The notes under the pieces are model-generated. The model ran no database searches. It was not told the DNA's origin and worked only from the letters and a program-made list of their open reading frames with translations. From contig SMSO01000007.1 of the NCBI GenBank assembly GCA_004764695.1, positions 1,805,270 through 1,869,269 on the forward strand: a stretch of DNA of 64,000 bases, read 5' to 3'. Of this stretch, positions 44,101 to 56,400 are shown piece by piece (the stretch's first letter is position 1; each line of letters starts with the position of its first letter). Made by a program: the position numbers and the translations under genes. The stretch comes from Schizochytrium sp. TIO01 (lineage: Eukaryota; Protista; Bigyra: Labyrinthulomycetes).

Positions 44101-47100
44101 AGTGGCCCCGGTGGCGACGCAGCTGGCAAAGTAGCAGCCTGAGGCACGGCGGCTAGCACCACCATGGGTTTGCCCAAGATGGTCGCAATGCTGCTAGCTA
44201 GAAATGATGTAGATATAAGGCGAGAAACTCCTATGCTTCATATGAGAAGAATGCGGTAGGCTGGTAAAGGACAGGGCAAGTCTGACCTTGCTTGTTCTAT
44301 TAGAGGCTCGGAGCCTTGGATGCGCCTATGAGACGGACAAAGAGTTGATGGAAGGCTTATAATCTGATACGAAAGACCTGAAGTGAGGCAGACCTCTCGA
44401 TTCGGAACGAGAAGTTCGGGACTTTGACGAGTCAATTTCTGCCTGTGGCATACTTACAGTCTTACAGTAACAGTGCACTACTCAGCGCGAATGATTTAGT
44501 TGTACGTAGTACTTTCACACTTAACCATGTTATAAAAAAAGCTTCCATCTAGGTAGTGCGCTTCTTGGACCTGACCAGCTTCAACTTCGAAACTGAAGCT
44601 GTAGGAGTCAGCGATAAAATTCAAGTCGGTACTACCTGCTTCCTGTTGCTTCCAAGGGTGAGGAGAATCAAGAAACTATGTGAGTAGGACCTTTGTAAGA
44701 CAGGTGGAACGACTCCACAGAAAGCGCCTAGCAAAGCATAGTCCGTATAAACCGATCTTTCATCGGGGTTCAACTTTAAGTAAACCATTTTAGAGCACTA
44801 TGTGATTCCTCTAATTGCCTTATGTGATTCCTTTATCTGCCTTGTGTTGGTTTGCATTTTCAAGAGCTGAAGGAGTGGACTTTGTATGAATTTTGTATAT
44901 TAGGAGCTCTTACCCGTTGCTTTTTATCTTGAACGATAGAGTGCTGACAACTTCAACATGGGAAGTGAAATAAACCAAGTGACCAAGATAGTGAGAAAAA
45001 GGTGTACATACGCCTTGTTCCAAGAGAAAGTCGAAGGAGTAGCAGAGTGTATGAAGTAACGAGGGAAAGATTGCACTTTCCATTTTATTGATCTAGTTAA
45101 TATTTACATGTCCGGTAGATACAACTCTACTTTTGATGCAATACTCTATATATGTTACGCGTTACCTTTACCCCAAGAGAACTTGCTAGCTAGAGCATGA
45201 CATTTAAATGTTATGTTGTCTACTCTTTCTTTTTACAATCAAAGTCACCTAGATTTGCAGCGTCTCATGACAGCAAGCTAAAAAGGTAGTGAAAGTTACG
45301 AGGAGACAATTGAAAAGAAACAGAACCGACCAGAAAAAAAATATTGCTAAATTAAGCCAGGAAATCGCATACTTCGATCCTCGCTAAAGCAAGAACAACG
45401 TGCTACAACTGTAACTCTTCGATCCTTGCTATATTGCTGAGATCTTCAATTGAAGATGCAAGTGGCCGCAGTGAAGTCCCCCAAGAACTAGGATGTAATA
45501 GAACTATGCAAAGTTATGAACCCAGAAATCAATGACCAGAAAGATGTAAATACACATTACATTGAAAATGTACGGTGCAATTTAAATTCATGGTTGAAGA
45601 AACAAATTAACTCAACCTGCTTCAATTGTGCATGCAGGAAGATGAATATGGGCAGCTGGAGGTTGACTATAAAGGTGAAGGCAAGAGTCTTAAAGATGGT
45701 TGATTGTACAAGTTAGCGAACTGCTGTCCTGGAAATAAATTCCAAGGCAGACTGATTCATGTACTAATTAGGAGGCTAAGACATTCTTGAACCGTGCTAG
45801 AATCTTTGACAGTGTTAGGTTACTCCAATCTCTTCAGTCATCGATCCGAGTTGCACCATACTTGGTTTTAGGTAAAGTATAGTCAAACTTTAGGTTTCGA
45901 GCTCATCAGCCACGCAAGTATGGTTGTCTATTTCTGCTCTATTGTAAGCCCTATGTCTAAGAGGTCTTTACAAAGGGACGCTAAGATTTCTGGCAATGTG
46001 TTGTTGTCCACTTATTCCTTCGATTGGAGATCTCAGCGATGTATAGTGCAGATCCGGCCTTGTCTCTGTCTCTAATGGGATTGGTCGTGTGCGCGAGACA
46101 TTACTAGAGTCGTTGGTATACTATTATAAATCCTAAGCTACTAACACACGCACATGATAAGTACCTGACCATCAGATACGAAGGTGTGAGGCCAAGGGAA
46201 CTCAATAGTGAAAGTTCACTACATCATCAAGGTATACATAAGCACAAGCTTGAAATAATGGCTGAGGGAACAAGCTCACCAAACTCCGTTAGATATTTGC
46301 AATACAGATGAAGTTTGTCTTAGTCTTCTAACTAAGATATGAATAGCCCATCTGAGTATTCATCTCCAAAGCCAACAAATTGTTATCTTTATAACTCCAA
46401 GTATGCAATGCCTTCTTATACATTCCAAGCTTCTTGCCTTCATTTCCCCAAAGAGCCTCTGGCTGATCAGTAAATATCTTTCAGCAAGAATCAAGAATTC
46501 AAAGTGCACTAGATACCCGACTTTATATAGTCCAAATTTTAAGTGCCTTCTCATTTCAGGAGCCTTCTTTAGTCTCTTTCGAGCTTCTCAAACACCTTGT
46601 ATTCATCCCCCTTGTCGGCCTATCTCTGACCAGGGTGCAACTTTCAGCACTATGAACTTTCGATTCCTTTTTCTCAACTCTGAGTTTTTCTCCAGAGATG
46701 TGACAAAGGAATAAGGTACATGGCATATAGAGTGAGTGCTTATAGGATCAACCCATACTGAATTAATATTCTCTTTAATAGAATATTAAGATCCCCAGTA
46801 TCAGGAACTATTGAAGTAATATACAGCTACTGCCTAACTCCAGACCCGAAACCCGAATAACTCATATATCATCCTTTTTCTCTTTCTCCTGAGTTCGCCA
46901 TCCTTGTCAGACTACCTCTGCATGCTTCACGGCACAAGCTACTCTGCAATAGGAACTAATGGAAAAGACATTGCTAGGGTCTTTGACTTTCCATTTTCGA
47001 TTCTCAAGGATGTAGGACATCCATAAGATCATAACTAGACAACCAGCTGTGTCGTTGAAATCTCAAGATAGATAAAATCAGAAAAGTTGACATACACATT

Positions 47101-50100
47101 TGATAGAACCAAACATGGTGGAATTCGAATTGATGGTTGAAAAGACAACTACCCTGACCTTTTCAATTGTGTCTAGTTTAGAATACATCAAGTCTGTCGT
47201 AGTCTCTCACTTGCATGTAAGGCTCTATCGTATAATTACTTTCCAGATATAGAGGATCGCGAACTCTAAAAGCCAAAGTTTATCAAACATTCCTCAGTCC
47301 TCCTCATACCTATGGCCTTCATCCTCAAGAGCAACCCCTAGCTGACCAGATTAATCTTCAGCACGCGTTATTGATAAGATTTAAATGTTGACAAGCACGT
47401 GAAATTGGAATTGAGTAAGTGACCTGACATAGTTTTTCCTGTTCTTCAGCGACTTGTCTTCTTACGGATACACCACATATTCATGGATGCTAATCCTCAT
47501 TTTTGTTCTCCCTAGAAGTACTGATTTTCAATTCAATCTGTGATGTGATAGTGATCTTTAAAGTATGGATCGGTTAGCCTCGTAGATATACCTGCAAATG
47601 TTTGTATATGGCATCCACATTGCAAAATCTTTGAAGATCATCGCTTATCTAATCTGATGACTACAACCTAACAATTGAAAGGAATGGTGGAGACTTTAAA
47701 ACTTGGATCGATAAAGCATTTTGTACCTCCCAAGCAACAACCAATGTAACTTTAGATGCCAGCATTCTTTGGAAAAAGGGGGAAAATATCTAGGTGCATG
47801 CATGCTATCATTAGATCTACACGGCAACAACGACTTTAAGGCTATAATAGTTTAAAAGAAGAACAAGTCCTTGTCTTCCCACATTCCCTTCAATTTTTGC
47901 TAAGTGTTAATTCTCTAACTCTTCAATTATTAAAGTACTAATTTTATCTCGCACTATCTTTAAAGCTTCAGAGCTATGGAAATCATGCATGGACTAAGCA
48001 AGTAATTACACGTGCTTAGCCGTATAACGGAGTCTGCTTCCTTAGTCTCGGAGGCGCATTTCCTACATTCCTAGACCACTAGATGCGTGGCTGTGAAGTG
48101 AAGATTGTGAAGTGAAGATAGTCAAAAACCACAGGTGTATATAAGCATTCGCTAGATTCAAGTATGGTGGAATCTAATTTGATGGCTAAAAAGACAAGTT
48201 AATTTAGCATCTTCAGTTGTGTTTAGTTCAGATTAAGCCTATCTACGTCTCTTATGTAGAACATAAATCAGTCCGCGTTGGAACCGATGCCCAGGACAGC
48301 AGATCACTAACTCTTGAAGAAAACAAAGGCTGGCAATAATCGTGCACAACATGTACATATAGTCTTCGTTTGTATTATGCCGCGCATGTTTTCTTGTTCT
48401 CTTTATCAGAACTTTTGTTAGGTTAGTCGTTCGTCTCACTTTTGATATATAGTGTCCTCGAGAATATTGGCGAGTATGCAACTTCTAAAACATATGGCGA
48501 AAATACTGCTAGTTCCCCTTTTAAAAATGTGATTGTGTTCGAGCTTACATGAGTATGACTTTATTTTTATTCTTTTAAAAGGTGAATAATCTGCATTGTT
48601 TTAACAACGAGCATAGCATTTGACCTCAAATATTTCAACCACAGGACATATTACTGAATCCTCTTTGGCTTTGCGTGGCTTTTCGAAAAAGCACATCGTC
48701 GAAAACCGGACTCATCTCTCTTTTCTTTATGTAATGATAGTCATTTACCATATGCGATCGCTTTGAGAATTCCGATAAAAGCTGTGGCTCAAATTTCCTT
48801 CGAGGTGTTCCTAATGGATTTATAGAATTTTCCTTTGAGTTTATTCAAGGTCTGTGTTACGCGATATAAACATTTTCTCATGTTGAAAGAACCTATAAGC
48901 GCAATTTCTATGTCTGTGGAGAATGGTAATCTCTATGTTAAGAAGAACTACGATTTTTATTTTTGAGGTACACGCATTAAATAAGATTGTATGAAATTTG
49001 AATCGCAGTTAATATTTATATAAAACAAAGATTACAATCGTAACTTATAAAACATAATCTCGATGTCGCTTCGTAGCTAGAAAGAAAACAAAAAAAATGT
49101 TCTCTACAGGTTCGCTATTCGCGTTCAAGTAGTCATAATCCATCACAACCAATTGGCATGAATCGAAACTCTCGAATGGTAGGCCCAGTCTCTATACTGG
49201 AGACGTGTTCCTTTTCATGTACCTAGTACTAAAGTAGACATCGAATGAGGCGTGATTTGATCCTTGTTTCACAGCTTGTATTATGATCGATGGAAAGTTC
49301 AATTACATAGCCCCTGTAATCTTGAACTAAAAAAACAAAACAAATATAACATAGTCCGCTAGTGCTTTCAAACTTTTAAATTAGTTCAAATATTTTACCT
49401 TTTCTTGTTCTAATGGTTACTTCACTTTCTTTTTCTTTTTTCGCAAAAGATAAGAAAAGAAAAAAGCCAAGCGAATTTCATGTAACTTAAGATGCATATG
49501 TATGGATCAAAGTAATGCAAGTTTCTCCTCTAGGTTTGTCTTTGTCCTTTTCCTCGGCTTGTCTCAGTACATTAAGATCTCAGTTTTCGATTTGATTCCA
49601 CACGCTTGCTATGGCAGTATGACCCCTACTCGCTGCCAATAGATCTGATTAAATGTTACACGATGTCATAATCTACGTTTCATTGATGTCTCACCTGACT
49701 GAACCACCCTCTGGTAAATCCTAAGTAAGCCAAACAAACTGACATCTTGCCGTCGAGGGGATCTTCCGTCATCGATAGTAGTAAAAACGTCTATCATGCT
49801 CGACTCGTAGGTACTTTCGCGAGCACGCGCTCAATGGAGAATGGAAGCACATCCACGTCCATTGGCCAATCCAGAGCAGGAGCACAGGCTTCGAAGTCTG
49901 ATGTACTGAGTTGTGACACGCTTGGGAGAAGTTCGGGGCGTCACTCCTCTTTGGCATTTCCCCCTCTTTTACATCACACCATCATGAGAACAACTATAAA
50001 GGAAGCAGCATCATTGTTTTAAAAGACATGTCACCTCTGACCTACCGAGCAGAGCGGCTGGCACGGGCCCTGTAATGCGCATTGAGATAATTTCAATGCC

Positions 50101-50325
50101 TCGCCACCGTCGTCACCGCTTCCGCGTTGCACGCCACAGCTTCGAAAGCAGGCATTTCAACACAGTCCGAGCACTGGTTAAACCTCATCGGGGGGTCGAT
50201 GCATCGGAGCAGTCGCTTTCGTTTGGCACCTTCTTAATTCTTATATCAGGGTGGAAAGCCCAAGCCCGGCGTTTTTTCAACTCACCTCCTTTTAACAGGC
50301 TCTTATAAACTTCTTTTTTTAACAT

Positions 50326-50364
50326 TTGTTTGTTTGTTTGTTTGTTTGTTTGTTTGTTTGTTTG
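50326..50364. repeat. (TTTG)n microsatellite
   Basis: Directly visible. Confidence 0.9.
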
Positions 50365-51527
50365 CTAATTCTATTAGCGCGAGCGATATCTCGCACCCAC
50401 AGGGGGACAAGTGTGCATCGATGTAACTGTTCGCGAGCTATGAAACCACATCGGTGGAGTGTAAAGACATCAACTGTCGGGAAGTCCTTAGTTCTTTATG
50501 ACATCATCATCATCATCGTCGTTCGCAAAAGTCGCAAATTTCAGCATTCGGGGTGCTGGTGTAGCATGCTTTCGCGCAGCTGCAGCCAAAACGCCCATCC
50601 AAGAACGCCCAACCATCATCATCTTAAAAGAGAAAACATGCATTAGGCACAGCATCGGCAATTCGGATTTGTCGGCTAAAACGCAGAACAGCATTAGCTT
50701 TTACTGCCCAGAATTACAAACCACAGAAACAAGCAAGCACCACACTAGCTAGACAAAACAGCAACATTGCCAGTCGACGCTACGCCATTCGAGTGATTGC
50801 CTTGACTTGTGCCTTTTCGTAAGCTTAAAGATTTAAAAAAGATTTAAAGGAGCTGCCTATGATTTACAGTATTGGCAACTCCCAAGGTATTCATGTACAT
50901 TGCTGTCGAAGGGACAATTTGTATTTATGAAAGCTATTCTTTTCTCTCCTACTCTATTCCATTCTGTTTTGTTTTTCATTTTAGTTAAAAGAAACGTCAC
51001 AGTTTGGGCACGAACATCTCGTGCGTGTACAATCATTGAGCGAGGAAAACTTGGAGACGCCAGTTTAGTCGAAGAGGAAGATGCGAGTCAGCACCTGAAG
51101 CTGGGCTCTTTGGACATAGATTCATGTAAATTACGGGTTTGTCCTTCTATAAACCTAGGTTGATTGTCATGTGTCATGAAAATTGTAGGCTGCCTTATCC
51201 TTTTAGCCTATAACTCCTGTAGCCTGTACTTTCATGATTTTTAGTTTATTTGTAATGTAGTGCATACCCATCATCATAAACTCATTTCAATTTTCAATTC
51301 TAAGAACTCGTGCGAGGTTTGTATTTAATATTCCAACAAGGTTAACACATTCACACAACTAAAAGCAAGACTGCGTTATCCATAAGATCTTTGCAAAACT
51401 CATAGCAACCGCTCTGAGGAAAGCTCACTCGAAGCATGTGGCTCTTGTAATTCCTTTTCTTCTGATAGCTAGCTAGCTAGCCAGCCAGCCAACAAGGACT
51501 TCCTGCTGAGCTCTTGCGTTTCGTCTG

Positions 51528-51536
51528 CATCATCAT

Positions 51537-51567
<31 letters not shown>

Positions 51568-51577
51568 AGCATCAGCA
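51528..51577. repeat. (CAT)n(CAG)n compound trinucleotide repeat
   Basis: Directly visible. Confidence 0.9.
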
Positions 51578-53159
51578 ATAAATAATAAGAACAGTTTCTT
51601 CTACCATCGTGAATGTTACATTTCCACGAGCAGCTCCAATGCAATCAGCGGCACCTGACTAACCAAACCGCAGACTTCGTGTCTTCGCCTTGAAGTTGAA
51701 AGCATGCGCCTAAGTAAGCAAGTAGATGGGCTGCTTATCTGCTGAGTGCGTGCGTAGTTAGGTCGCATTTAATTGATTGCTTCCGCGAGTGAGCCCATGC
51801 GCACCGTTCTTGGGCCACGCTACGAGGTTTCATTCACTCCTTCCTGTTAAATCTCAGTTCAATTGGCCAGGCTCAGAAGTGACAAAAGAGAGAAATTGGT
51901 ACGCAGGAATTCATTTCTTCATCTTTTCATGTTTCGAAAAGAGCAGAGATGGAAGAAAGAATCCGCAGGAAGGAAGAACAGCTGCCTATTTATTACCTGC
52001 GAAGTTGAGACTTTTGGGTGACTCAGGAACTATTTTATTTTTACTTAATTTTAATCTTTAGAAAGGGGGCAAATATTTAGATGAATAAAATAGTTTTAGT
52101 TTTAGTTTTACTTCTTTATTATTATTATTATTATTATATTAAGTTTTAAAAGGAGGGAAATAAAATCCCTTTAAAGATAAACTCATCTTTAGACGCATGA
52201 TAAAACGTAACCCGACCTAGTGCTTGGTGTGGTTTCTGTTTGAAAAGGGATTGATTGAAGGGTCTGTATCTCCTCTTCGGTTTGCCCAAAGGCTCGAGAC
52301 GGAATGTCAGATCGGTGCTCGCTTATTCTAGATAATAGTTTGACGATCGCACAATATCTTGTTTAGTTTTCATCAAAAGCAAAATAAGCAACTGATTAGA
52401 AAGTGATGATCTTTCCTGATTCTTAAAAATAGATTAACTAATAAAACATCATCTTCGTTAAAGAGTGCCATCGTAAGCGACAGAAAGAAAGCATAGAAGC
52501 ATCAAGGTCCCGCATTAGAGCAAAACAACGAAGATAAACTGCTTGTTTTACTTTTGTTGAGAATTCTTAATCTAATTAAAAGAAGTAACAAAGGAGAAGA
52601 GAAAAACTGTTATACCCAAAGAAAAGAAAAGAAAAGAAAAGAAGCTGAAAGACTTCAACCTAAGAAAAAGGTGAGAAGACCTCTTATAGCTTTAATCAAT
52701 TTATTAAAATAAAAAACATTTTTTCCTTTAAAAAATACATCTCAAAATGTAAAAAGAAGAAAAAGAAGAAGAAGAAGAAGAAGAAGAAGCAGGGGTATAT
52801 ACCATAGCAATCATAATCAGAATAGTAGAAACTGAAAGGAAAAAATATCATGAGTAAAAGGTACTATTAGGTAGTTCGAAGCGTTCCCGGTATCTTCCAC
52901 TGAGATGGTCTTCTTTATAGCAGGTACATTCCTACTACTACGTAGCTTCGTTCGCGCTGGCGTCGCTCGGCTCCGTCTGCTCTATTGCCGTAGGCGGCTG
53001 CAGAGGAGCCAGGAAATGGACACCTTCGCCTCCTCTTGGTATACTCAGCTCTTACTCGCAATGGCCGCACCCCCATTCGCAACACAAGTCAGGCGTAGCT
53101 TGACGAAGTTGACGCTTCGGGTGACGCAGTGTTGCCTATATGTTGGCAAACAAGCTAGT

Positions 53160-53400
53160 GTAAAGTAATGCAATGCAGCGAAATGCGAAGCAATGCAAGG
53201 TAAAGCAACTTGAAGCAATGCAATGTAAAGTAATGCAATGTAAAGCAGTGGAAAGCAATGCAAATTGAAGCAATGCAATGTGCTGTAAAGCAATGTGCTG
53301 TAAAGCAATGTGATGTAAAGCAATGTGATGTAAAGCAATGTAATCTAAAGCAATGCAGTGTAAAGCAATGTGAAGCAATGCACTGTAAAGCGATGCAATG
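53160..53400. repeat. GCAAT-based satellite with a 15-nt higher-order unit (AAAGCAATG + 6 variable nt)
   Basis: aaagcaatgtgctgt aaagcaatgtgatgt aaagcaatgtgatgt aaagcaatgtaatct aaagcaatgcagtgt ... read directly. Confidence 0.85.
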
Positions 53401-56400
53401 AATTGCCTGCTGGCTCGAGAGTAACAAAGACAACGTATCGAGGCAGTGTGCTCCACTGGGTCATATTGAACAGTATTGCGGGGCAATCACAAGTTCGCCA
53501 GCTTGGAAACTCAACAACCCACGCCTCATCTTCCCTCCTTGAGGTCTTTGGGACAGATTTATTTGTCAATGGCAAGTTCAACTTGCACCTCCGTTCTCTT
53601 CTGTGTGTATACGCCGAGCGTTACCAGATTGGAGAGAAACCAGTCTATAAAGCATCGGCATCTGTATTGCGCGATAGTCTACTCAGGCTGAGGCGCGAGA
53701 GGGAGGGACCCAGTGGCCTTTCTTATGGGTTGCACGCGTCGATCTGGGTTTTGTAGAACTTCATGCATGTGAGCAAGGATCTTGAGTGGCGTGGCGAGCT
53801 TGTGCGTGCAAAGTCGCGTGTCTAGATCTTCGACGATGACCTTACGATGTCGAGATAGATGCTGAGGAGTTGGCAAAAGCAAAAAGTAGAATCCACTGGG
53901 TAGTACATCACAGTCTTAGTCGTCTCGCCTCGCCTCGCTGAGGTGAGATTTGAGCAAAGAGCTCTTCGAGCATAAGCTGATCCAATGTACGCGTTGCATT
54001 CACTGCATTTGTCAAAGCAGTCATGAACCATGATTCATGCATAATAGTAAACTATTCATGCTGATGTCATCCAAGGCGGAAGACTCTTTGGGACTTTGCA
54101 TCGTCGTCATCCTAAGCTCCAGTGACGTCTTCATGGTTTGCGCTCGTTCGTGAGACAATAGGGTAGGTACCTTCTACAATTAGCAGGCAATAAGTATGAT
54201 TACTGCCACGCGTACCCTGGTAAAAATACTATTGCTATCAAGAAGTGCCTGAATAGGCAACAGCTTGCGTATTGAGTTGCTGCAGGTTTTACTCGAAGCT
54301 GCCGTTCACTGGCGGAATGCTGATCTTTAAACACGCATTTAGAGCGAGGTTGGATCTCGGTGGCAAGGCCAACCACAATAACCGGCATCAACTCAAATGC
54401 CTTTCTTTCATAAAGAATCAAATACCTGCGCTTCCATCGGTCCTAGTCCTGGAAAAAACAAACAAATGATTCTTTATTTTTCGAATTATATAAAACTAAA
54501 AATCATTATTTACCTGTATATATTTATACCTACGGTAGTATATCACATTTTACATTTTACATTTTACATTTTACATTTTAATAAAACAACTGGGCCAGTG
54601 ATGAGCATCGATCACTGTTCTGTCTGTCAGCACGCTTCAGGTAGCTCGCTAGATACCCGGTTTGTGGATGTGGCGAGCTTCTTCAAGCTGTACTGGCAGG
54701 GCGCCCAACATCTGCAAGTCATCGTGGTGTCCAGCCGCCAGACAGACTCCACACGTAGGCGCCAATGGCCGGCCTGCTTCTCTGGGTGCCAGAGGTTTCG
54801 GACGATCCTCAGCCGCACGTTGCCTCCGCTGACGATAACTTACATTACCTCAGCTTAGTTTCTTTTAATAAATAGCTCATGCTCACTTGCACTGTTTCTG
54901 CAACAGAAGATAGGCTTGAGGTTGGATAACCAAGCGCGGTGGATATAATGTGTAATGCTGCGAGGGCGGAACAGCTTTGGCGGAGGCAGAGGTCACATGG
55001 GTAATCAATGGGGCTTCGAACTTTGAAGTTCATTGAGAACAGGAGGTAACCTAAGCTGAGCTAGGAGTTTGGGGTCGATCATTCTGTATGTAAAGTGGGA
55101 AACTACAAAGCACGAGAGGTACCGCCTACTGTCCAGGCACCATTGGTCTGCAACCGAAGAAACTAACCAACAAATTAACGCAAGTCGAAACCCATATGGC
55201 TTTCGAATTTGTCCAGGTTGCGGCTTCGATTGGAGATTAGATGAGCTAAACACTTGAGATAATTGAAGCATTGCACCAACTGGCCATCACTGATGAAACA
55301 TCGCAAGAACCACTGTCGGGAAGACACCAAATCTAGGAGGGCAGCAAATATTCCATCCAAAATCTGGCGTTGTTGCCTTGGGTGCGGTTGATTGCAGTTG
55401 TTCTTACACCTAGAACGAAGTTATCGCTCGGGTTTACCTGTGTGAAACGAGGAGCAATCGAACTCAACGAGTTGCGAAGTTTCATTTCAACGGTTTGAAG
55501 AATGAAAAAGGTCATCTTGGCGTTCCTAGATTCCAATATCGAGCCGTGAATATGAATCATACGCGGTATGACGCGATGATAAACCTTGCTGCCTTGGCCG
55601 GTGAGACACAGACAACATAAGTAGAGAACAATTAGTCGATGGCCTGGAAAGGTGCAAATATCGTCTGCAATAACTTGGCAACTCTTAGATGGTGGGTTTG
55701 GTTCCAAAAAGTATCATTTATTTTACCAGGGCTTCCTTCCTTCTAGCGCTTCTCCTCAGCGCCAATACTTCGTCGTCATCACGTTTCCTGTTTCATGATT
55801 CGTGGAATCACGATTCACAACCGTAAGCATGAGGAATCCTTATTCCCATCATCAGTTTTTCTCGTGAACATGATTTCGTTTTATTTGTTGTTGTTTTGTT
55901 TTTAGTTAGAAAAAAAATAAAAAAATATTAATCTGCTTCCATCATCCAAATTCCATGCGACGGTCTGAGAGCTGAGAGGGGCATAAACAAAAACAACAGA
56001 AAAGAAAATGAACTTGAATAGTAAATCATGATTTTGCATTTCTATGAATCGAAGATGGTGAATCTGTTGGTTGTGCTCAACATAAGCCACTCAAAAGAGT
56101 TGGCGATGAAGAAGTACACTTTTGCAAGCAAACTCTTGGAATTTTCATGCATGTTTTTGATGTCACTCAATTTGCCCAACTCGAAAACCATCCTCAGAAA
56201 CAGCTGATGAGCGGACATCAACCTGCAGCTGGTAGAGAATAAATTTCATGATAGACCTCGATTCACTCGAGTGGGAACCTGATCAGATGCTGCATTGGCA
56301 TTCCAAATCCTCTGCCTGCTTACTGACTCAGTTCCGTAGAGAGAATTGCTGAGGTCAGTGCCTCCGTCTTGAGCCCATGTTCGGATCGGAGATCCCATCG

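Noticed and set aside
44576-44601. Hairpin CAGCTTCA...TGAAGCTG as a tRNA-Sec fragment or terminator
   Set aside because: No cloverleaf or T-arm context; an isolated 8-bp stem is expected by chance in 64 kb.
53045-53486. Repeat-spacer-like array as CRISPR, and ALHCI-repeat ORFs
   Set aside because: The constant part is only 9 nt, the variable part is 6 nt and self-similar, there are no cas genes and the context is eukaryotic. The ORFs are satellite translations.
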